DNA from: Actinomycetes bacterium
Lineage (GTDB): Bacteria; Actinomycetota; Acidimicrobiia; Acidimicrobiales; Ilumatobacteraceae
Reading direction: 5' to 3'
Assembly: GCA_025356335.1 (NCBI GenBank)
Contig: JANXUF010000082.1
Span: forward strand, 1,910 to 65,909
DNA: 64,000 nt
The notes under the pieces were generated by a model. The model made no database searches, was not told the DNA's origin, and saw nothing but the letters and a program-made list of their open reading frames with translations. The stretch's first letter is position 1; each line of letters starts with the position of its first letter. The position numbers were made by a program, and so were the translations under genes. Below, piece after piece: positions 54,749-64,000 of the stretch.

Positions 54749-55615
54749 TCAGGCGATTGCGGCAGTGGCGTTTGCGCCGCCGCGTTTGCGGGTGAAGAGT
54801 CCGAGCAGAGCAAAGAGCACCGCAACGGCGAGCATCGACATCAGACCCAGCGCCGGGCCGGCGAAGATCTCCTTCGAGTTGTATGTCGCCAGAAAAATCG
54901 GGAAGGTGTTGATCAGCAGCAGTGAAGCGATCGTGTACTCGCCGAGCACCACTGCGACCGTCAGGAAGGTGGCACCGAGCAGCGCCGAACGCAGGTTGGG
55001 GACGACGACGCGCAAGATGGTCGTCAACCAACCGGCACCGAGTCCGCGAGACGCCTCGGTGAGCGTCTTGACGTCGATCGCCCGCAAACCGGCGTCGAGC
55101 GATCGATACGTGAACGGCATCGCCAGCACGGTGTAGAAGAAGATCAGCGAATACGGATTGGCGATGAAGCTCGGGAATGCCGGCCGGAAGACGCCGGCAA
55201 TACCGACGACGAAGGCGATCGGCGGAACCATGTAGGGCAGGATCGAGATGAACTCGACGACCGGCTGCATCCGTTTGACCTTCAGCGTCGTCCACAGCAC
55301 GGTCCAGATCATCAATGCCAACGACAGCACGACCGTGCCACCGGTGATCCGCAAACTGAGCCACAGCGTGGTGTGCAACTCCGGCTCCTGGACCGCCTTG
55401 GTATACGCCTTGAACGTCCAACCCTCGAGCGGGAGGTCGAGGGTGAACTTGGCAATCGCCCACAACGGGAACAGGAAGTACAGCGCGCAGACGACGACGA
55501 CGGACCACAGACCGAACTGCGGGCGCTTCCGGCCGAGATTCGACTTCGGCTGCGGATGCTGACGGGCCATCGAGTCGGCCGTCGCCCCGGTGGCGATCGA
55601 ATTGACGCTGGTCAC
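54749..55615 (-). CDS. ABC importer permease (PotC-like)
   Basis: Six TM helices, EASRGLGAGWLTTILRVVVP loop. GTG at 55615 forms a GTGA overlap with the upstream permease. The ATG at 55570 is an alternative. Confidence 0.85.
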   Translation of the reverse strand: MTSVNSIATGATADSMARQHPQPKSNLGRKRPQFGLWSVVVVCALYFLFPLWAIAKFTLDLPLEGWTFKAYTKAVQEPELHTTLWLSLRITGGTVVLSLALMIWTVLWTTLKVKRMQPVVEFISILPYMVPPIAFVVGIAGVFRPAFPSFIANPYSLIFFYTVLAMPFTYRSLDAGLRAIDVKTLTEASRGLGAGWLTTILRVVVPNLRSALLGATFLTVAVVLGEYTIASLLLINTFPIFLATYNSKEIFAGPALGLMSMLAVAVLFALLGLFTRKRGGANATAAIA

Positions 55616-56508
55616 TGCAGCCACCTGGTCGTGCGACTGCGGAGCCATTGGTACAGCAGAATGGCGATGAGCACGACGATGATCATCCATGCGGCGATCG
55701 CGTAGCCGATCTGCTGGGAGTCGGCGATCGTGTTGCCCTGCAGGAAGAAGCCGATCTGGATCGATGCCAGGTTCGACTGCCCGCCTGTCAACACGTAGGC
55801 AGTGGCATAGGCGGCGAAGGAGTTGGCGAACAGCAGCACGATGCCTCCGAGAAACGCCGGCCACAGTACGGGCAGACCGACTCGACGCCAGTACTGCATG
55901 CCGCTCGAGCCGAGGTTCGCCGCAGCCTCGCGCCACGCCGGTTTGAGTCCATCGATCGCCGGCAGCATGACGATCACCATCAACGGAATCTGGAAGTACA
56001 GGTAGATGATGGTCAGTACGTGGTAGCTGCCGCTGTAGATGAACTGCTTGTCGTACAGATGGATGCCGTGACCCAGCAGAAACGTGGTCAGCAGGCCGGT
56101 CACGCCGATCGAGGCGACGAAGAGAAAGACGAGGGCGACGCCGCCCATGTTGGCGGCGACGGCGCTGAAGGACATCACGGCACTGCGCAGCCACTTCGGA
56201 CGGCGAATGGAAACGATCGCGTAGGTGAGCAACAGACCGATGACCCCGCCGATGACTGCCGAGGAGAAGGACAGGAGTGTGCTGTTCCAGAAACTCTGGC
56301 GGAACTGCGGCGAGGTGGCGATCTTGCCGTAGGTGCTCAGCGTGAAGTTGCCGGCATTGTCGTGGGCGGCTTTCCAGAAGACGGCCAGCGTCGGCCACAA
56401 GAGGAAGACGGTGACGAAGGCGAAGAACGGCACGAGCCCGATCCACGCCCAACTGATGTGGCGGCGGGCACCGGCGGAGACAGGTGTCTCCGCCGGTGTC
56501 GCCACCAC
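55612..56508 (-). CDS. ABC importer permease (PotB-like)
   Basis: Six TM helices, EAAANLGSSGMQYWRRVGLP loop. GTG at 56508 or 56505, just after the SBP stop. Confidence 0.85.
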   Translation of the reverse strand: MVATPAETPVSAGARRHISWAWIGLVPFFAFVTVFLLWPTLAVFWKAAHDNAGNFTLSTYGKIATSPQFRQSFWNSTLLSFSSAVIGGVIGLLLTYAIVSIRRPKWLRSAVMSFSAVAANMGGVALVFLFVASIGVTGLLTTFLLGHGIHLYDKQFIYSGSYHVLTIIYLYFQIPLMVIVMLPAIDGLKPAWREAAANLGSSGMQYWRRVGLPVLWPAFLGGIVLLFANSFAAYATAYVLTGGQSNLASIQIGFFLQGNTIADSQQIGYAIAAWMIIVVLIAILLYQWLRSRTTRWLQ

Positions 56509-56516
56509 TGTGGTGC

Positions 56517-57794
56517 TCAGTTGCCTGCCACTTTCGGACCCCACTGGTCGGTGACCAGTTTCGTTGCGGCGTCGGTCTGGGCCTGGGTCGGGAACGAGAT
56601 CTTGGAGATCAGGTCGGCACTGGGCAGACCCTTCTTGATGTCGTCGGTGACCTTGCCGGCCTTCAAGAGTGACGCATAGCGAGCCGGAAGTGCTCCGCCC
56701 TTGAGGTAGTTCACTGCGCCTTCGTCGCTCACCAGCCACTCCACCCACAACTTGCCGGCTGCGGCGTTCGGGGAACCCTTGATCGCTGCCTGGCAGTAGT
56801 ATCCGGCATAGATGCCGTCCGTCGGGACGTTGGTGACGAGTGTCTTGCCGGCGGTCTTCAGCTGGGCGATCGGGCCGGGGAAGTTGTACGTCCAGTCGAT
56901 GGCGATGGCGACTTCGCCCTTGGCCAACGAGGTTGCCTTGAGGTCGGTCGGCAGCAGGTTGCCGGACTTCTTCAGGTCGGCGAAGAAGTCGATACCCGGC
57001 TGGGCGTTGTCGAACGAGCCGCCGTTGGCGAGCGCGGCGGCGAACACGGCGGCGAGTGCCGATCCGGACTTGCGCGGGTCTCCGTTGAGCACGACGAGAC
57101 CCTTGTATTCCGGCTTCTTCAGATCCGCCCAGGTCTTCGGCGGGTTCTTCGCCTGATCGGTGACTGCGCCGATACAGATGATGCCGTAGTAACCGGCAAC
57201 CCACTGGCCGTCGGGATCCTTCAACGCTGTCGGGATGTCGTCCCACGTCGATGGCTTGAACGTTTCGAAGAGACCGGCGGTCTTGCCCTTCTCGGCGAAC
57301 GCCGGCGAGACGTCGACCGAGTCAGGCTGTGTGCCCTGGCCCTTGAGCGTCGTGACGGCGGTGATCTCGTCGGACGACGAACCGTCTGGGTTCGACACCG
57401 TGAAGGCGATGTTGTACTTCGCCTTGAAGTCGGCGAGATTGCCCTTGTAGTTGGCCCAATCATCCGGCAGGGCGATGAGGTTGACCTTGGCCTCTTTCTG
57501 CGCTGCCGCGACGAGCGTCGCCAAGTCGGCCGCCGAGAGGGCCCCACCCGATGACGCCGCGGAACCGGCAGTCGTTCCCGCTGCCGAACCGGCGGTTGTT
57601 CCCGCGGCCGCAGTCGTGGTCGCAGTTGCGGTGGTGGTGCCGGTGGCTGATGTCGTCGCCGAAGCAACGGTTTTGGCGCTCGAGCCACAGGCTGCGAGAA
57701 AGGCGGTGCCCCCGGCAGCGAGGACGCCGAGCTTCAGGAAGTGACGTCTCTCGACTGCTGCCTGAATCGGGGTCTGGATACTTTCTTCTGACAC
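56517..57794 (-). CDS. ABC importer substrate-binding lipoprotein (family-1 SBP; PotD/Fe3+/aminoethylphosphonate-type, substrate unknown)
   Basis: GTG at 57794 with a GAGGGAG RBS. Tat-like RRHFLKLGVLAAGGTAFLAACGSS lipobox. Ala/Thr-rich linker followed by an SBP fold. Confidence 0.8.
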   Translation of the reverse strand: MSEESIQTPIQAAVERRHFLKLGVLAAGGTAFLAACGSSAKTVASATTSATGTTTATATTTAAAGTTAGSAAGTTAGSAASSGGALSAADLATLVAAAQKEAKVNLIALPDDWANYKGNLADFKAKYNIAFTVSNPDGSSSDEITAVTTLKGQGTQPDSVDVSPAFAEKGKTAGLFETFKPSTWDDIPTALKDPDGQWVAGYYGIICIGAVTDQAKNPPKTWADLKKPEYKGLVVLNGDPRKSGSALAAVFAAALANGGSFDNAQPGIDFFADLKKSGNLLPTDLKATSLAKGEVAIAIDWTYNFPGPIAQLKTAGKTLVTNVPTDGIYAGYYCQAAIKGSPNAAAGKLWVEWLVSDEGAVNYLKGGALPARYASLLKAGKVTDDIKKGLPSADLISKISFPTQAQTDAATKLVTDQWGPKVAGN

Positions 57795-58091
57795 TTTTTC
57801 TCCCTCATGTGACGGTTCACGCTGATCGGTGCCGAAGCGGAAATCGAGTGATCGCAGCGACACCAACTCGCACAACGTAGCGAACTTCGGAGGTCCATGC
57901 GGACAGTACCCACCGACAGTCCACCGAGTGGTCATCTCGCCGTTCCCCGCTGTTTCCCCAACGTTTGCAAACTGCGGTCGATTCCGCCCGGTTTCGCCCT
58001 TGCATGGTTCCAGTCCCTATGCTCTCGGAACTTCACATGCGAATCCGCGTGCATGCTCGCGCGGATTGAAACTGCCAAGGGGATCACACCG

Positions 58092-60401
<2,310 letters not shown>

Positions 60402-60478
60402 CTGCTGCGTAAGCATCTGGTGTGAGCATGGGCGGTCGCAATCGCGAGCCGGTGATTGCCCACTAGCCTCGGGACTTC

Positions 60479-61120
60479 GTGTCACTCCTCGCTTCCATCC
60501 TCAGCCCCAACGACATCATCAGCCAGGGCGGATTGTTCCTGGTCGCAGCGATCATCTTCGCCGAGTCGTGCCTGCTGTTCTTCCTGCCGGGCGACTCGTT
60601 GCTGTTCATCACCGGTTTCCTGGCGACGAAGCCGTCGGGCCTGCCGCATGTCGATCAGCCGCTGATCGTCATCATCCTCGTGTTGTTCGCCGCTGCGGTC
60701 ATCGGCAACCAGGTCGCCTACATCATCGGCAAAACCGTCGGCCCCCGGCTTTTCAGCAAGCCGGATTCGAAGCTCTTCAGCCCGTCGAACCTGGCGAAGT
60801 CACAGGCTTTCTTCGAACGCAACGGGACAAAAACGATCTTCCTCGCCCGGTTCGTTCCCGTCGTGCGGACCTTCGCCCCGATCGTCGCCGGCATCGGCCG
60901 TATGCCGTATCGGTTGTTCGTGATCTACAACATCATCGGTGCTGCGGTGTGGGCCGGCGGGCTGACGGTCCTCGGCTACTACCTCGGCCAGCGCAAGATC
61001 ATCAAAGACCACGTCGACATTGCCGTCATCGGCATCGTCATCCTGTCCCTCGTTCCCGTCGGCATCGAGTACCTGCGCCACCGCAAACACGCAGCAGAAG
61101 AAGTCACCCCCGTCCCGTAA
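60479..61120 (+). CDS. dedA: DedA-family (VTT-domain) membrane protein
   Basis: FLPGDSLLFITG, GKTVGPRLF, LARFVPVVRTFAPIVAG. Confidence 0.85.
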   Translation: MSLLASILSPNDIISQGGLFLVAAIIFAESCLLFFLPGDSLLFITGFLATKPSGLPHVDQPLIVIILVLFAAAVIGNQVAYIIGKTVGPRLFSKPDSKLFSPSNLAKSQAFFERNGTKTIFLARFVPVVRTFAPIVAGIGRMPYRLFVIYNIIGAAVWAGGLTVLGYYLGQRKIIKDHVDIAVIGIVILSLVPVGIEYLRHRKHAAEEVTPVP

Positions 61121-61223
61121 GTTCTTTCGACGTCACTCGCTCTCTCGCTCGTTCCTCGCGTCGTTCGCTCCTTGCGAACGCAGGGTCTCCATACCGGTCG
61201 ACACGTCCCGGACTCTCACATGC

Positions 61224-62108
61224 CTACCCTTGCTCCGTCACGAAATCGATCAGTTGTTCGACCGCTCCGTTCAGTTCGGGGGTGAGGTCGGCGTAGCTCT
61301 TGACGGTGTTGCGCAAGCGTGGCCAGAAGTTGGCGACATCAGTGCCGAGAGCAGCGCACATGCCCTCCTTCCACGGAACGCCCCTCGGCACTTCCGGCCA
61401 CATCGTCAAGCCAAAGACCTTCGGGCGAATGCCGGCCCACACGTCGACGAACGGATGGCCGGTGACCAGTACGTTCCGATCGCGAACCGTTGCGGCGATA
61501 CGCGATTCCTTCGAGCCTGGCACGAGATGGTCCACGAGTACCCCGAGCCGCCTCTGTGCGCTCGGGCAAAACCCGGCGACAGCTCCGGCGAGATCATCGA
61601 TCCCGTCGAGCGCTTCGACGACGATACCCAAGTCGCGTAGGTCATCTCCCCAGACATGTTCGACGAGTTCCGCATCGTGCTTGCCCTCGACCCAGATCCG
61701 GCTGGCTCTGGCGACCTTGGCGGCGGGCGGCTTGGGATCGGCGACCGAGCCGGACGCAGTGAACGTCTTCGTCGTCGACTTGGCAACGGTCGGTCGCACG
61801 AGTGTGACGATCTTGCCGCCGAACCGGAAGCCGCCCTCCTTGTAGGTGAAGTGGCGGTGGGTGTTGTTACGCGACCTCAGCGTGACGGCCTCGATCGACA
61901 GCTTGACGACGTCACCGCAGAACCCGCTTGCGCAGTCTTCGACGACCATGCCGATCGAGGCCTCCATCTTCGGAAACGTCGGCTTACGACGTGGGTCGAA
62001 GTCTTCGAGTACGTCTGGTCCATAGTTCACCTGTCCATTCTCGCCGATGGCTGCCGGCACTTCCCGGCATCTTCGCCCCGCTACGGAGATCGAGGGCGCT
62101 GTCGCCAA
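61224..62108 (-). CDS. DUF3097-like conserved actinobacterial protein
   Basis: NYGPDVLEDF, GMVVEDCASGFCGDVV, RIWVEGKHDAELVEHVWGDDLR (family recalled from memory). A GTG at 62030 is an alternative start that removes the overlap with the upstream gene. Confidence 0.55.
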   Translation of the reverse strand: MATAPSISVAGRRCREVPAAIGENGQVNYGPDVLEDFDPRRKPTFPKMEASIGMVVEDCASGFCGDVVKLSIEAVTLRSRNNTHRHFTYKEGGFRFGGKIVTLVRPTVAKSTTKTFTASGSVADPKPPAAKVARASRIWVEGKHDAELVEHVWGDDLRDLGIVVEALDGIDDLAGAVAGFCPSAQRRLGVLVDHLVPGSKESRIAATVRDRNVLVTGHPFVDVWAGIRPKVFGLTMWPEVPRGVPWKEGMCAALGTDVANFWPRLRNTVKSYADLTPELNGAVEQLIDFVTEQG

Positions 62109-62809
62109 CCGTCACCAGTGAGGACGAGGTCGATGACCGCACCGTCCGGCAGGCGGAACGGGGCGCGGAGCCCGAGATGGGCGAACGCCTGCGGCGCGAC
62201 CGTCGGTCCGAGAGCATGCCCCGACCACCGATGGGTGCGGTGCGCTGGAAGTTCGACGAGTTCGACGATGGAACCTGGCAGCTCGATCTGCCCATGGACC
62301 GTCCCGCGCTGTTCGTAGCCGCTTTCCGTTGCGCGAGCAGCCGCCATTTCGGCGAGGCGTTGGGCAGGCCAGACGGCACCGTCGGTCACGGATTCCACGG
62401 CCGACCTGAGCGGCGTCGGTTCAGCTGTGGCATACCACTCGAGGTCCGTGGCGATCGGCGTCGCCTCGCCGTACGCCATGCGGAGTGCCTCCTGCGGATC
62501 ATTGAGAGCGACGGCATAGGTTTCGTTGCCGATGGTCCACTGCTCGAACGGCGACTCGCAGGTCAGTTCTGCCCACATCGCCTCGGCCTTGGCGAGCAGC
62601 GGGTCGGAACGGCGCGGAATGTCGAACTCGGTCACATGGAGCAGACGTTCGCCGCGGCGGGCGAGCGCCCACCAGTACCAGGCGTCGTGGGCTCCGAGCA
62701 GGCGGTAGCCCGTCACCAGCCCGAGGGTCCCATCCGTCGCCCAGCACGAAAATGTCCATTCCTCGGACGTCACGCCATGCGCCCGTTCGTCGATCGGCGT
62801 CCAACGCAC
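62081..62809 (-). CDS. Hypothetical protein
   Basis: 242-aa ORF with ordinary composition. No family recognised. Confidence 0.45.
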   Translation of the reverse strand: MRWTPIDERAHGVTSEEWTFSCWATDGTLGLVTGYRLLGAHDAWYWWALARRGERLLHVTEFDIPRRSDPLLAKAEAMWAELTCESPFEQWTIGNETYAVALNDPQEALRMAYGEATPIATDLEWYATAEPTPLRSAVESVTDGAVWPAQRLAEMAAARATESGYEQRGTVHGQIELPGSIVELVELPAHRTHRWSGHALGPTVAPQAFAHLGLRAPFRLPDGAVIDLVLTGDGWRQRPRSP

Positions 62810-62828
62810 GCCCCGATCATGCCGCTGG

Positions 62829-63248
62829 ATGGTGGCGATGCGGCAGACTGGAGCGGTGTTTCGTTACCTCAGTCTCGAATGGATCGATGCGTTGACCTCC
62901 GAGGTCGCCAACAGTTCGGCGCTGAAGGCATTGGCGACGACGAACTCGATCGGGGTCACGCAGGAAGTGACAGCAGGTCCGGAGGGCGACGTTGTGTATC
63001 ACCTGCGTGTCGGAGACGGCATCGTCGAGTTCGGCCCTGGTGCAGCCTTCGCAGAGGACCTCAAGTTCCGCCAGAGCTGGGAGACAGCCGTCGGCGTGGC
63101 GACAGGCACGTTGAACGCCCAGGAGGCGTTCATCAAAGGGCGCATCCTGCTGTTCGGCGATCGTCAGAAACTGCTCGACAACCAGGACGTCTTCCGCGAG
63201 TTGGAGTTGGTGTTCACCAAGGTCCGTACCGAGACGGTGTACGAGTAG
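62829..63248 (+). CDS. SCP2 sterol-binding-domain protein
   Basis: 139 aa. ...LNAQEAFIKGRILLFGDRQKLL... Confidence 0.65.
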   Translation: MVAMRQTGAVFRYLSLEWIDALTSEVANSSALKALATTNSIGVTQEVTAGPEGDVVYHLRVGDGIVEFGPGAAFAEDLKFRQSWETAVGVATGTLNAQEAFIKGRILLFGDRQKLLDNQDVFRELELVFTKVRTETVYE

Positions 63249-64000
63249 TGCCGGAGCTGCCGGAGGTTCAGGCTCATGCGGAGCGTCTCACCGAGACGTT
63301 TCACGGGCAGCTCCTCGAGCGGTTCACGCAGTTGACCTTCACGGCACTGAAGACCGCCAGGCCGCTTCCCGATGATGCCTACGGGTTGCCGCTGCAGGCG
63401 GTCGGCCGGCGGGGTAAGTACCTGTTGGTGGAGTTCGAGCCGGTCACCTTCGCCGTGCACCTGATGCAGGGCGGGCGGTTGCTCGTCGATCAGAAGATGT
63501 CGGCGAAGCCACGCGGCGGCCAGGCGCGGTTCACCTTCGCCGACGGCCCGGCGCTGCTGCTGACGGAGCAGGGGACAGAGCGACGCGCCGGAGTCTGGGC
63601 GCTGCCGTCCGCCGAGGCGTTGACGGTGCCGCCGTTGAACCGTCTCGGCCCGGAGGCGTTGGACGTGACGCCCGAGTCGTTGAACGGCTTGTTCCTCGAA
63701 CACCCGATGCGCGTCCACGGGTTCCTGCGCGACCAACACAAGATCGCCGGCATCGGCCGCCGGTTGGCAAACGAGATCTGCTGGCAGGCGAAGATCTCGC
63801 CGTTCGCCAGTACCGCCAAGTTGGGGATCGAAGGTGCCACTGCCGTCGTGCAGGCGATCCAGTCTGCATGCGCAGAAGGTCTGGCGTACGAGCGGACTCG
63901 CCCCGACATGAGTTCGTCAGCGGACCGGCCAGGCGGGGTACACAAACGCAGTGGAGCGCCATGCCCGATCGACGGCACCCCGATCCGCGACATCGAGTAC
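63248..64000 (+). CDS. Fpg/Nei-family DNA glycosylase, 3'-truncated by the window edge (not in the ORF track)
   Basis: My translation from the GTG at 63248 (overlapping the TAG of the SCP2 gene, TAGTG) gives (M)PELPEVQAHAERLTETFHG...GRRGKYLLVEF...IAGIGRRLANEICW. The frame is open to 64000. Confidence 0.8.
   Translation, partial: MPELPEVQAHAERLTETFHGQLLERFTQLTFTALKTARPLPDDAYGLPLQAVGRRGKYLLVEFEPVTFAVHLMQGGRLLVDQKMSAKPRGGQARFTFADGPALLLTEQGTERRAGVWALPSAEALTVPPLNRLGPEALDVTPESLNGLFLEHPMRVHGFLRDQHKIAGIGRRLANEICWQAKISPFASTAKLGIEGATAVVQAIQSACAEGLAYERTRPDMSSSADRPGGVHKRSGAPCPIDGTPIRDIEY

Noticed and set aside
53597-54925. 442-aa plus-strand ORF opposite the ABC ATPase, and similar shadows at 47549-48898, 58170-59534 and 55648-56679
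   Set aside because: Antisense high-GC ORFs with no motifs. The partner-strand genes have unambiguous family signatures.
57942-57973. GTTCC / GTTTC / GTTTG repeats between the ABC SBP gene and hppA as a further PHO box
   Set aside because: The spacing is 10 then 11 nt and no unit has the GTTCA core. This is too degenerate to call, although it would fit the phosphate theme.
61162-61180. Hairpin cgttcgc-tcctt-gcgaacg between dedA and the DUF3097-like gene
   Set aside because: Only a 7-bp stem with no U-tract, so this is not distinguishable from chance in high-GC sequence.

Overview
High-GC actinobacterial-type chromosome segment. Markers are two WhiB-like regulators, TatA, SdhCAB, PPK1 and a membrane H+-pyrophosphatase. 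I support about 60 protein-coding genes. I saw no rRNA or tRNA genes, CRISPR arrays, transposases or integrases. All calls rest on motif and architecture recognition by eye; no searches were run.

The left ~37 kb is a phosphorus-economy neighbourhood:
- an atypical pstCAB operon followed by two giant C-terminally anchored PstS paralogs and a sortase-fold gene, plus a third PstS
- a Tat-exported purple-acid-type phosphatase, a metallophosphoesterase and a secreted 5'-nucleotidase
- split CYTH and CHAD genes, ppk1, and a relic resembling a PhoX 3' end
- GTTCA-type direct repeats phased at 11 or 22 nt (PHO-box-like) upstream of at least four of these units

Main candidate system:
- An exosortase-family membrane protein (14701-16461) carries the Cys/Arg/His signature and a fused EpsI-like ectodomain. 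It is transcribed divergently from pstC across a PHO-box-like site.
- Four secreted proteins or relics in the window end in the same tail: P-A-[ND]-x-P-E-x-[PS], a hydrophobic helix, then an Arg/Lys cluster. These are two small unknown proteins, the 5'-nucleotidase and the PhoX-like relic.
- I read this as a PEP-CTERM-like sorting system whose cargo is the phosphate-starvation secretome, in a lineage where exosortases are not the expected anchoring route.
- A sortase homolog lacking the catalytic Cys and Arg sits in the same operon context.

The right half is mostly housekeeping: AAA+/VWA pair, GH2, sdhCAB, vapBC, an ABC importer, hppA, dedA and a 5'-partial fpg/nei gene. Smaller oddities are a homopolymer frameshift, a ppk1 whose conserved N-terminus precedes any canonical start codon, head-to-head CYTH|CHAD genes, an orphan sorting-tail mini-ORF inside a hairpin, and in-frame tandem repeats.
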